Below are positions 1-12,595 of a stretch of DNA of 36,766 nt, in pieces. The notes under the pieces were generated by a model that did not search any database, had not been told where the DNA came from, and saw only the letters and a program-made list of their open reading frames with translations. Where the stretch lies: NCBI GenBank assembly GCA_051453625.1, contig JBOZIK010000001.1:17784884-17821649 (forward strand). The letters run 5' to 3'. Position 1 is the first letter of the stretch, and each line of letters opens with the position of its first letter. This DNA comes from Welwitschia mirabilis. Taxonomy: Eukaryota. A program made the position numbers and the translations under genes.

Positions 1-83
1 TTTCAGTTGCAGCAAAGCCACTGCATATAAAGCAAACAATGCAGGGAATTTTATGGTTAATCTCCTGCACAAATTTAAGATAG

Positions 84-351
84 AAATATCCATCATTAAT
101 CCAGAGATCCTGTGACGACCAAAAGACCCTATATGCATTCACAATTGCAAAAAAGGTAGGACTCAGTATTTTACTTAATTATATCTGTGGACAATTAAGA
201 AGTATTTATTTATCTCTCCTTTAGTTTGTTTCGGTTGCTTGCATTGTCTTGAATCTTAACTCATTTGTTTCAGGTCCCAGAGGCGATTTCCTATTTGTTT
301 GAGACAAATCCTATTCTCACAGACAGCTTTTCAACTGCATGGACCAAAGAT
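84..351 (+). other. Possible exon-intron-exon fragment of an unidentified gene or pseudogene (exons ~84-155 and 274-351)
   Basis: Donor AAG|GTAGG at 155/156. T-rich 118-nt intron with CTTAAC branch-like motif (255-260) and TTTGTTTCAG acceptor ending at 273. Second donor GAT|GTGAGT at 351/352. Spliced frame reads KYPSLIQRSCDDQKTLYAFTIAKK-VPEAISYLFETNPILTDSFSTAWTKD. Protein not recognised. Confidence 0.3.
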
Positions 352-946
352 GTGAGTTAGCGCCCATGAAACCTGCTTAAGCACGGATTCCAATTTCTTT
401 GTTATCAAAAATAATGTTAATGATATAATCCCCAATCCACTGGATCTGGAGTTGACAGTAATATCTTCCAAAAGAGGAGGATTTTTTTTACTTGCCAAGC
501 CACTGTGAATGGATCACCGCAGTGCCTAAGTACCCCAAAAAAATCCAATTCAAGTTTGTGCCCATAACATCATTTCTGGCAAGCGTTCTGGGTTCTGGAT
601 TCTTGAATCAAGCAATCAATCTTTACCTTCGTTGTAAATATAAACCAATAAATTTAATTTCTGTATTTCATAATTGGTTTCCTTTGAAAATCTCTACAAA
701 GGAGAAAATCGATAAATTTACATGTTGCCTTTTGTACGTCCTGCATGTCCATCTGCATATCATGAAAAATGATGCCATCAAAAACTGTCTGTAGTAAAAT
801 ATTACTGATTCTTAGCTTATAATTGTATTTGGATTTGGAACAGATGAGGTTGGATTTGCAACAGAAGAAGACATGCACATATAACAATACGACATATGAA
901 CCATTAAGAAATTAAGTATCTCAAATAAATGCCTTTCAAACATCAA

Positions 947-1391
947 CCTCGTCTTGGGCATCTCAATGAATCATCACAAGAACAAAAGCAATGGAAATCA
1001 CTAGAGAAACGATTTAACAAACATCACAATGACATTTACAATAACAACAGTAGTCAGTTGAGAAAGCATTGCAGGAAAAGTGTATAGCTGAATTATTATT
1101 AGCGTTAGAAAGAGCTCTCCTTCCTTCCTTTGTTTATCTTATTCCATGGCCCTTGCACAGAGATTGGAAAATTCCCGCTAAAACAAGTCTATTATTCCAT
1201 TATAATCAAGGATGAAAGGATATATGAGAAGAAGATAAACACTTGCAAAGATTTTGATGAAGACCATGATGATGTTTATGATGTTTATTGTTGTTATTAT
1301 GGAGTGCTTTTGTGAGTTTTGTTGCATCGTTGCTCCAGCGATTTTCCATTGCTTCTATTCTTGATGAATCCTTGAGATGCCCAAGATGAGG
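947..1391. repeat. Long imperfect inverted repeat (arms ~947-1050 and ~1288-1391, ~235-nt spacer); candidate fold-back RNA
   Basis: Left arm CCTCGTCTTGGGCATCTCAATGAATCATCACAAGAACAAAAGCAATGGAAATCACTAGAG... aligns to the reverse complement of the right arm CCTCATCTTGGGCATCTCAAGGATTCATCAAGAATAGAAGCAATGGAAAATCGCTGGAG... at roughly 80% over ~105 bp. No flanking TSD seen. Confidence 0.85.
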
Positions 1392-2847
1392 GAGGTGGCG
1401 AAGAACCGGAAGAACTGGGAATAGTTATGGACAGTGTACAATCCGCAATCGGCAGACTCTTATATGGATGTACTCAAATTTCGGTTGCAGTTTTGGTTTT
1501 AATATATCTCAGAAGACTATTTGATATCCCCTCTAGAAATATGCATTGACAATTGCAGAAAAGGCCGGAAACCATTTACTTGTGGGTGTTGGGGAGGAGG
1601 TCAAAATGTTGGAGATCAGATATTCTTAGGGATATGTAACCGACCACATGGGAGAAATAAAGTAATCACAGAAAAGGAAGGATTTGCTATTTTATTTCAA
1701 CACTATCTATGGAAAATTAAGAAGCATTTATCTATCTCTTCATTAAATTTTGTTTTAATTTCAAGAGATTAAACATTTGAAGATTGAAGCCTTGACAGTG
1801 TTGTGTGTTGATGTTTATTGTAACAAGGCCTAAGGAAGCAACATGGAGATTCTGCACTGCTCACATTGAAGCCTGCATTAGATCATGGTATACATGTCAA
1901 GAATGTTTTTTTAAAGTTTTCAAAAGTAAAGTATGAAATAACTTATTAATTAATAAATGTTTTAGCTTATGTTTGTAAGATATATTTGTTCTACTTTCTA
2001 GAACTTGAAAATAACCATTTTTATGTGGATGTTACCCCCAGATAGTAAATTGTTATTTAAATAACTATTTTTATAAATAATTTAACAATTTGGAACATTA
2101 ATTGGTTCAAACTCCCCAAACCAACATATAAACAAAACCATGTTTATTACAAAATGACCTTGTAGAAAAACTAAAATAAGCTATATTGGATGATACCATT
2201 TGGGTAGAAAAATAAAGTAAGTAATGTTCTTTACATTTTTATATTTTAAGGCAATCCACAATTAACAAAAGAAATGGCATTAATTCTAAAGCATTCACAT
2301 ATTTTTTCAATTTGTTTGAAGTCTTTTGAAATGTTCATATACTCTTTAGCTTATTTCAATGTAATTTTATCTTTTCTCTCTGAAACTTTATTTCGAGGAC
2401 TTAACCTCTTATGAAAGGAATTTACCTATCTTGTATCTACTATGGAAAAGAATTTATACATTCCTTCTAAGTTTAGTTAAATCTTTTAAGATATAAGTGA
2501 ATCATGTTAAATATTTGTCTTCGCTTTTTTCCTTTAATATCTCATTATTTTGTAATTAAGTATTTCTTTGCTAAATTATCACAATCAGTTTGGCTAGGCA
2601 AAATTATTGATGTTAATGTATATCATTCTTGTTGAGTAGTAAATGTCCTTATTGAGTAATAACCGTCTCTAGAGTTTCAAAGGCCACTTTTCAACCCTAG
2701 GTTCAAGCTTAAAAAATAAAAAAAAAAGGAAAACATATAAATGGGAAGTAATGAATAAAATCCTTACAATAGTGACTTTAGCCATTTTTATTTCCTTCTT
2801 TTATATTTGGTCTTTGTATGTTATTGATCTTAAGCCATTTTCTTATG

Positions 2848-2938
2848 TATTAGTGATTTATTCACTTATAATCTACTCACCTATACCATGCCTATTAGTG
2901 ATTTATTCGCTTATAATCTACTCACCTATACCATACCT
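2848..2938. repeat. 45-bp tandem duplication (2 copies)
   Basis: TATTAGTGATTTATTCACTTATAATCTACTCACCTATACCATGCC starts at 2848 and again at 2893, with 2 substitutions. Confidence 0.95.
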
Positions 2939-5900
2939 TGTGCTTGTAATAAAATTCTTTTATTGGGGTTCAACACCACTTTATAGTTTCAAATGTAAAG
3001 TATGATATTAGAAGGTTTAATGACATTTACTTTCTATTTACTTGCTACTTTTGAAAAAGATAACTGGTATATGTGAAAACCTAATAAAAATGAAAAATAT
3101 CAAAATATTTATTTTTTAAAAAAATTAAAAAAGGTTTTTTATGTGCATGAGAAATATAAAATTGAGTTTAAATGATTACCTTCATAAAAGGCCCTACTTA
3201 TATATATATTAAATAAGAGAAATGCGGATAATATGAACTTAGAAAATTTCACTAATTAGGTAACAAAAATCATAGATAATAAGTAAAATAAATCAATTAA
3301 CTTATTGATTTTAATCTTCAGTTTTTTTTTCTTGCATGATTTAATATGATATTTATCTTTAATAATGCTTTTAATGTAAATTCTAAAATTACACTTGCTC
3401 CAAAGAAATCTTATAAGTAACGCGAATCACGTCTTACTCTACCAGCTTGAATTTAAAAATGTAAAGGAATGAAACCACTCTGATGATAATTTTATAGAAA
3501 TTACTTCCCTAAATTTATTTAAATAAATATCTTTATTTTTGTTTTTATTTTTATTTTTTAACATCCTTTGAATTTTTGTTTTTGATCCTCTTTTGCATTT
3601 ATTTAGAACATTAATCAAAAATTTCACTTGGCATGTTCCATTTCCATAATAAAATATATCCTTGGTAAAATCAGTACTTGTTATGAATTATTATAAAAAA
3701 ATATTTTGAAATATTATCATTAGTAGATTTTTTAATATGCAATAAATTGACAAACTATGATCTAAGGATAAATTTAGCTTTAAAAAGAGTGACATCATAG
3801 ATAGTACATATTTAGATATTAATCCTTTAAGCAAGAAACTACTTTTTCATATCTTATATGTTTTTCCATTGATTATTTTCTAGATCTATACTTCAAGGTG
3901 AATAATCATTTAGAATAATTACTTACATAATAGTATAAAAATGTACTTAAAATAACTCTATAAATATAGTTTCTTTGTTCCACCTAATTTTGAGTCTAAT
4001 TAAATTTGACACAGCTTCTTCAATTCTCTAAGAAAAGTACTTATCATTTTCATAATTATTGAATAACGTTAAACCTACATATCTATATCATAAAGTAATT
4101 TCAATTAATACATTCTGTATTATAAAATCATAGTATGTGCTTTAAGAAATAGAGATCATAATTTTAATTTATAAGCATTAATCTTGATCTTATAACATTA
4201 GAAAAAAACAAAATATGAATGAGTTTTTGTAATGCTTTTTTAAATTAAGAAATTCAAGTGACATTATTCAAAAAATATTTATATGAAATATTTCTATCTC
4301 ATACACTAATAAAGAAATGTTTTGGACATCCGTCTCTCTAAACTATTATTAAATATATTAAAGAGAAATGAAAGAGAAAAATATCTTCATTATTACTAAT
4401 AAATTATCACAACCTAGCCTTGGATTATCTTTAAGAAGCACAATTTTTTCCCTTAATTAATATAAATAAACACATTAAATCCAAATGATTAGTTATTTTA
4501 GGATTTACCCATAGGATTTACATTAGAGAATCTATGTGAGGACAATTCCCTTAACCCATTACTCTAATATAAAAAACATAATTCGTTTGAGTTGATTAAT
4601 TCTTTTAATTAATCTATAATGATATGTTAAAGGATTAAGGATTAGCATGTTGTAATTTAGTATTTTAATGAAGGACATATCATAAAAGTGTAAATGAGGT
4701 AGTTAAGTGATTAGTTTCACTAATAGATAAAAAACACACCTACATCTCCTCATCTGAAGGAGTTCAAACCACACATTGTTCTACCGTGGGCTTCATTTCC
4801 AGATCCACCAATATGCTTAAGTATATGATAGATTAAAATGATTTATGTTAAAGGGCTTGTGAATAATCATATGCAGGAAGCCATGTAAGAAATAACACAA
4901 GAATTTAATATTTAACTCAATCAGGAGAGGAGTATGATACCAAAATAAATAAAATAATATCAAAATATATCACACATGCACATATATACATATGCATAGT
5001 AGCTATGTGTAAAAATATAGAAGCCAACTAGTCAAGAATCCTTGAGGTTACAACAGTTACCCCTAATAGGGAATTATAATGCATAATTGATGATAATATT
5101 CCACTGTATATATAAGTATGTATGTATATGTATATAAATCAAGTATGGATACTAAAATGTTTATAGTGAACCACCTAGTTACTTGACCATAATCATCTAG
5201 TAGTAACCTTAATTACCAAGCTTAATAAACCCCTCATTTCTCTCCAACATCTTGGTGTGAGAAAATCAGAGGGAAAAAATCTTAATAGAACATACACTTC
5301 TAACCTCTATCACCAAGCACAAGAGACTTGTCATTTCTCATTGGCATTTTAATATGATCCAATGGAAGGGATGTATCATAACAGAATGAGCATTATAGTA
5401 AATTCATGCAAAAATGTAATCAACACATACATATACATACACACACATGCCATTTCAGTAGGGTACCTCATAGCTTCTCCATTTATAACATAACATAATG
5501 AATTAACAATATTTAGATATATTAAATGTCAAAGGGAAATAGCCCCTATGACATTGATTAAATCATTAGTCTCAACAAGACTTAAAAGTTAAAGAAAACT
5601 AATTAAATGCTTCATTGTTTCAATTGGAATCATAAAAAATCACTAATATTATATCATTTTATGCATAAGACATAAAATACGTGTTTCAAACATTTAATTC
5701 ATATGCATAAACATATAAGAAAATACATTTAAGGGTACACACTTGAAATGTATCAAATCGTACTAGAATCAACCATGATCATTAAGAAATATGCTAAACT
5801 TGCATCATTAAATAACTATAATATGCATAACATAATTGCATTGAATCACACAAACACATAACATTATAGTTGGGAAATCCTATAACTACTTCTTTTATAT

Positions 5901-5972
5901 TACTAACATAATAAAACTAAGTCTATAAATTAAGATGCTTACAATTGTAATGAAATAATAAAAATAATTTAA

Positions 5973-5973
<1 letters not shown>

Positions 5974-6028
<55 letters not shown>

Positions 6029-6189
6029 ACACAAACAAACACACACACACACACACACACANNNNNNNNNNNNNNNNNNNNNNNNNNNNNNNNNNNNNNN
6101 NNNNNNNNNNNNNNNNNNNNNNNNNNNNNNNNNNNNNNNNNNNNNNNNNNNNNNNNNNNNNCACACATGCATGTGCGTGCACACACACA
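5974..6189. repeat. (CA)n microsatellite spanning an assembly gap
   Basis: Long CA run at 5974-6061, then a 100-N gap, then an imperfect CA continuation at 6162-6189. Confidence 0.98.
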
Positions 6190-6464
6190 AACCCTCCCAC
6201 CTCACGTACCCATCCATCTCTAAGGATGATCATGGAGTAGTGGATTTGTTAAATTATTTAAACCTTCTATGAGATTCAAGGTACTTTCCACCTTAACATC
6301 ATGATTTGTATTATCAATATTTCCTAAATTATTTTCACTTGATCGATGTCCTTCTTAGTTAAAATTTATATTACCATTGTAATCATTTTACACACATATG
6401 TTCCATGATCCAATTATGTATATACACTTAAGTTCTAATATAAACTAATCATGTTTTAATAACA

Positions 6465-7914
6465 TGTTGGAAAAATCCTAATTTTGATGATTCCACTTGT
6501 CAAAATTTACTATGTCTAATTTGTAGATAGGATATTAGAAAACATTTAGACTGTAAATAAGTATTAAATTAGTCAAGTCTCAAAGCCAAATAAATTTAAC
6601 ATGGTATACACACAAGGCATAAGATCACATAACCTTCAACACAAAGTTTATGAAGGACAAGCAAAGTTGATTGAAGATGTTTGTAGGGCTAAAGACATCT
6701 ATTGGAAAGATGTATACACTGATGATTACATCTAAACTAAACGTAAAGTTGATATAAGTAAAATACACCTATTCTAATAAATATGTTTAGATTAAACCTA
6801 AACCTAAGATAGGTGAAAGACATATATCTTAAAGAAGATTTCTATACTCCATTAACTAATGAAAATGTTTACTACATTCAAGAAAAGGTGATAAAGTTTA
6901 ATTATACTAAGATGAATTATTTATTACCTAGGAAACTAGGAAAGTTATACATAATAAATTCTTGATGCCCAAGGATCAGAGATAAAGAAGTTCGAATCTT
7001 GTTAAAATCTAGATAGTTTAATTAACGATGTCTTTGGGGTTAATGACATTTATCTATGAGAGAACTCTAATGCAGTGAAGATATCTATCAGTGAAGATAT
7101 CGATCTTGGAAAATTAATGAAAAATTAAATAATCATTAAACAACCAAGTATTAGCTATTTATATCCATTTTACTACATCTAAACTATTCCAATTAGCTTT
7201 TTCATTTGAATAAAGGCTAATAATACCTCTCAAGTATGAAAGGCAAAAGGAGTGAAGAGGAAAGGTCTATTTAAATGGGTGATTGATATTAAAAAAGAAG
7301 AAATAATTTATTATTAATTAAGATAAGTTTTTACATTGCATGATCCTTGGCACATTCACTACTTCAAAACTCTAATCTTAAATCTTTATCAGTGATTACA
7401 CTAAGGAGAACTTAAGTAACCATCTTCATAACATTATTTCAGGCTTATTATTCTTTCTTTGCATTTATATTAGTACTTCATTATAGGATTATTATATTGC
7501 TAAATCCTTTCATTCTAGTTCATATGCTTTAAATCATCTTCTTTTTTAGGATTCCTTGCTTGAAGATTCCAAAGCATAAGGCAATCCTCTCGTGGGTGTA
7601 CTTGAATTTTGATTATGTGCTTAAGAGTATTATTGTATTTTGATCTATAGTAATCCCTAAGGGGAAGATATTTCTACCTTGCAAAGAGCATCTCATTTTT
7701 GTGTAAGGTTGGTGATGCTCTAAAACCATTATTCTTATAGGTAAAAGACATTAACAAGTGTGAATAAAAACTACCCTCCGAGTGTGTGTAGGTATAGAAT
7801 GAAAAAGTATGTTAAATAAGTAAGGTTTTCATTGTACATTTTATTTGTTTACTATTGTAAATTTTTATTTAATTAAATTCATGAATCCCTCTCCTTTGAG
7901 TTCAATACTCCTTA
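6465..7914 (+). repeat. 5' LTR of the Sirevirus-type element
   Basis: Begins TGTTGGAAAAATCCTAATTTTGATGATTCCAC and is colinear with the sequence starting at 17107. Ends just before the PBS-like motif. Confidence 0.85.
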
Positions 7915-7916
7915 AG

Positions 7917-7928
7917 TGGTACTAGAGT
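7917..7928 (+). promoter_or_regulatory. Decayed primer-binding site (initiator tRNA-Met type)
   Basis: TGGTACTAGAGT versus canonical TGGTATCAGAGC, immediately after the LTR and before gag. Confidence 0.65.
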
Positions 7929-7964
7929 AGGTACTCACAAAATAGAGTAACATTCTTGACTGAA

Positions 7965-10900
7965 TTATAGAAGGGATGCCATCCATCAAACCTCCACTCT
8001 TTAAGAGAATAAACTATGCTTATTGGAAGATGATGATGTAGGTATTCTTATAGTCTCTTAGTTTCATTAAAACCATTATAGATGTTATAGGAAACACCTT
8101 TACTAAAATCAAACCTAAAAAAAACTGGAAAGACCAATAAAATCTGGCTCTCATATATGACTCAAAGTCCTAAAATTCTCTCTATTTTATCCTTATTATA
8201 AATGAATTCAATTAAATAGTTGCATGTAAAATCACACAAAATATATGAAACATCTTGGTGAAAAAAAGGAACCTCAATTGTCAAGAAATCAAAGCTTGTT
8301 GTCTAGATAAATTAATTTGAAGACTTAAAGATGAATAAGGAAAAGAAAGTGTATGAATACATCATAAGGATCTCTAAAATTATGAATGTCATACATGGCA
8401 TTTGTGGAAATATTCTCAATGCCATGATAATTCTAAAGATTATTAGATCTTTAGCTTCAAAATATATGCCAAAGTTAATTATAATGAAATAATCAAGAGA
8501 TTTCAATACAATGAAGATTGAAGGATTACAAAGTGCCTAAATGGCTTATAAGATGAATCTCATTTAAGATGGTGCTTTGAAAGAGAAGCTCATTGCTCTT
8601 AAAATTAGTGAAAACTTAAGACAATGTTTTAAAGATAAAGTAAAATAAGCATTAGATGGATATGACTTAGAGCAAGATATGGAAAAATAACTTTCTCTAG
8701 TCATAAGATGGGTCAAAATGTTTCTTTTACAAAACAATAACAAGAAAGAGGACTACAAAAAACCATCTGGATTTCAAGTTATAGGTAATTTTAAAGGTAC
8801 ATCTTCTACTAGTTCTTTTCTTTCTTCCAAGAATGATATTTCTAAAATAAAATATCGGGTTTGTAGAGGATTAGAACATATAGCCTTAACATGTTCTAGC
8901 TCTAATAGATTGCAGGAAAAAGCTCAAAAGAAAGAGCCCAAGAGAAAGAAATCCTTCTTTACAAGTTGATATGATGATGAAGATGTGACTAAAGTAGAAA
9001 CCTCATATAACAAAAGAGCTCATGCATCCCAAATGGCTATCATTCATATTAAAAGTAATGACGAAGAAGGAAAATGAAAATCAAATTTAGAAAGCAAAGA
9101 AGAAACATGTCTAAAACTTTAATACAAGTATGGCTTAATTTTTAAGAGTTTATTAAGTTTCAAAAAGTGTGTTTCAAGATGAGAAATTTGCTACTTATAA
9201 ACTAGCATATGAATAATAAAAGAATTCATATAATGAATTTTCATCTGAGAACTAGACTCTTAAAATTGATATTAATAATCTAATGTATGAATTGAAAAAT
9301 ATTAGATAGGAACTTGTTGATACCAAAATAATTAATGAAAAATTTACATAAGGAAAGGCAAACTTGAGTATCATGATCTAACAATGTAGGAGTCCAAATG
9401 ATAAAAGTGTATTAGGATATAATGAAGTCTCCACTAGCATTTCAATGTCATTATCTAATAAATGGAACTATAGATCAAGGTATGAGCATGTAGATTACAT
9501 TGATAATTTTATTTGTTACTATTATTACAAATATGATTATTATCAATTTAACTATTCATTTAAGTTTAACAATAGATACTATACTAATAGTTCTAAGAGG
9601 CTAAGAAGAATGGTAGAGCATTTTGTGTAGACAAAACTAAAGAAGGTATGGATTCCAAAATTAAGACCAATTCTTTTAGCATATACTAGTCACAAATCAA
9701 GTTCTACTTCCTTGGTGAAGAAACACAAAAGAGTGGTTGCCTTTGGTGATAACACAAAAGCTCCCATTAAAGGTATTGGAACCATTAAAGTAGGTAATCT
9801 ACCTAAGGTAAAGGATGTATTTGATGTAAAGGTTTGCAATATAATATACTTAGTGTTAGTCAATTGTATCATGCAAATTTCTTAGTAACTTTTATCAAAG
9901 ATGATTCTATTATAAAAGAGCATAATTTAAACAAGGTCTTATTTACTAAAATTAGAAAATCAAATGTTTATATTACTATGAAATAAAATATTTATAATAA
10001 AGGCATCACATATTTGATGAGTACTATAGGTAAAGCTAAGTTGTGGCATAGAAAGCTTGATCATGTGAACAAATATTTACTAAATAATTTATCTTTGAAA
10101 GATATGGTAGGAACTTTTTAAGTTGAAAAATTTTGATGATCAGGTTTTTTTAGCTTATCAGAAAGAAAAGAAGGCAAGGGTAACTTTAGTAAGAAAACCT
10201 ATATAATTACTAAACACTCATTAGATCTTATACCCCTTAATATTGTTGGTTTATTTCCCATTGAGACTCTTGATAAGAAAACATATTATCTAATAATTAT
10301 TAATGATTATTCTTGCTTCACATGGATTATCTCCTTATACATAAAAATGACATTTTTGCATCTTTTAAAATTGATCTGTTAGGTTATAGAATCAAAAGAA
10401 TACAAGAGTAAGATAATAAGAAGTGATAATTGTACTAGATTCAAGAATGTAAGACTGAGAGACTTTTGGCATTATTCATTAATTATCTACTTTAAGAATA
10501 CCACAATAAAATGGAGTAGCTAAAAGGAAGAACTAGGTACTAAATAAAATGGTAAGAACAATAACACATTATCAATAGATCCCTTATCATTTTTGGATGA
10601 AATCTAGTAACACTGCATGCTATGTTTTCAACCAAGTTCTCATAGGATATTTTACTCTGAAAAATCCATATAAACTATGATATGGTAAAAAACCCTCAGT
10701 AAGTTATCTTCATGTATTTGGCTCCAAATGTTTCATAATAAATGAAAGTAATAAACTTAAAAAATTTTATTTCAAAGTTGATAATGGTATCTTTTTAGGT
10801 TACTTTATGGTTGGTAAAGCCTACTAAGTGTTCAATGATAGAACATATGTAGTGGAGAAAATCCTTAATGTTAAAATAGATGATACTAACTTAACTTTTA

Positions 10901-12470
10901 TTTATGTATAAGATAACTTTATACCCATACAACTTGAAAATACTTCTAGTAATTCTTTAGCATAATTAGATAGGGATGAGGAGAAGGAAAAAGAATCTAA
11001 AAGGCAAAACTCATCAAATTTGATTATACTAAAAAATAGCCATTCTAACTCACTCTAAGAACATCTAATACACTAGTAATTGCTACAGAATGAGTATAGG
11101 AAAAAAATAAATGAAATTAAAATGCGATTAGAAACAAAGAAAGATTAATAGCAAAAAAGTCATAATCAGCAAGAAGGTAATTAATTTTGAAGAAACCTTT
11201 TCACTTGTTGTATGTATGGAATTGATTAGGATGCTATTGGCCTTTGCATATATCAAAGAATTTAGGAGTTATCAAATGGATATGAAAAGTTCCTCTTTAA
11301 ATGTAGTTCTTCAAGAGGAAGTATACATTGAGTAATCTCAAGGTGTTACTAATTCTCATAAGTTAGGTTTGTTTATAGGTTGAAAAAGGCTTTTTATGAT
11401 CTTAATCAAACACTGAGAGCTTAGTATTAGAGACTCTTAAAACATAAAATAAAAAATAAATTTAAAAGAGGTACATATAATATTAATTTATTTATTAAAA
11501 TAGATGATAAATATTTTACTATTGTGTAAATATATGTAGATAATATCATTTTTGGTGATACTAATAAATCATTATACAAGAATTTTTCAAAGATTATGTA
11601 GGATAAATTTGAGATGAGTCTCATGAGAGAAATGAGCAACTTCTTGGGTCTACATGTTGCATAATAAAAATAAGGTACATTTGTTTCATAATCTAAATAC
11701 ATTAAAAATATAGTAGTAAAATATGTCTTACAAGGTTACAAGGTGAAAGACACTCTAATGAACCAAAGCATAAAACTAGATAAGAATGCAAATAGTATGA
11801 AATTTGAGAAAAAGCTATATAGAGGTATGGTTCATCGTTTATTGTATCTTACATTTAGTAGACCCAATATTATTATAAGTGTAGGGATTTGTGCTTGCTA
11901 TCAGAGTGATTTTAGAGAATTATATTTTACTACTATTAAAATAATATTCCATTATTTAAAAGGTATTACTAACTGGGGTCTTTGGTATTGAAAGGACTCA
12001 TGCCTTAATCTGGTTGTGTATTGTAATGTAGACTGGGTAGGTTGGAAGGATGACAGGAGAAGCCCTAGTGGGAGTTACTACTTCTTAGGTAAATGCTTAA
12101 TGTTATGGAATAATAAGAAGCAAAATTCAACCACTTTCTCAATTACTAAAGTGGAGTACATTAGTGTTGGAAGTTGCTGTGCTTAAATATTCTAGATGAA
12201 GCAAACATTGAAGGAATTTAAACTTAAAATAAATAACATTTCAATTTATTGTCATAATAAGAGTACTGTTAACATCTTTAAGAATCCTATTTAGCATTCT
12301 AGAACTAAGCACATTAAAATCATACATCACTTTCTTAAAGAACATGTGTAAAATAAAGACATCACCTTGGATTAAGTTAAAATAAATGACCAACTCGCTG
12401 ATGTATTCACCAAGTCATTAAGTGGAGATAATTTCATCAAACTATGATGAAGCTTGGTGACTAGGCCTTG
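7965..12470 (+). pseudogene. Copia gag-pol pseudogene (many stops, frameshifts and deletions)
   Basis: PPLFKRINYAYWK gag N-terminus (~7990). Decayed CCHC knuckles KYRVCRGLEHIALTC (~8850) and FICYYYYKYDY (~9510). VAFGDN..IKGIG (~9735). LWHRKLDH (~10040). Integrase INDYSCFTW (~10300), IRSDN (~10415) and PQ*NGVAKRKN (10501). RT QQEG..FEETF (~11170), YQMDMKS (~11270) and YVDNIIFG (11533). YRGMVHRLLYLTFSRPNI (ORF 11743-11991). RNase H TKHIKIIHHF and QLADVFTK (12304-12420). Confidence 0.95.
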
Positions 12471-12595
12471 CGCAATTAGATAAGTCTACATGTAANNNNN
12501 NNNNNNNNNNNNNNNNNNNNNNNNNNNNNNNNNNNNNNNNNNNNNNNNNNNNNNNNNNNNNNNNNNNNNNNNNNNNNNNNNNNNNNNNNNNNNNN

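Noticed and set aside
1109..1130. AGAGCTCTCCTTC resembling a miR159/319 star arm
   Set aside because: No complementary mature miR159/319 sequence nearby.
1371..1388. LRCPR resembling the start of a Dof zinc finger
   Set aside because: Followed by a stop (Arg in the other arm), with none of the downstream Dof motif.
947..1391. Inverted repeat as a MITE or Pack-MULE
   Set aside because: No target-site duplication in the flanks (AAACATCAA vs GAGGTGGCG) and no recognisable terminal motif. Not fully excluded without copy-number data.
1521..1772. Cys-containing ORF as exon 2 of a defensin/SCR-like gene with a signal-peptide exon at 1257-1311
   Set aside because: Joining the GTGAGT donor (1312) to the CAG acceptor at 1512 creates an immediate TAA. 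The other acceptor (1490) gives a different, Cys-poor frame. Cys spacing is not a recognised pattern.
2630..2730. GGTTCAAGC plus A-run as a SINE
   Set aside because: No convincing A box or TSD.
4340..5930. Probable decayed LTR-like sequence
   Set aside because: No termini, partner copy or coding motif could be identified, so no feature was called.
5923..6233. Three Cys/Val-rich ORFs
   Set aside because: They are translations of the (TG)n microsatellite and the N-gap.
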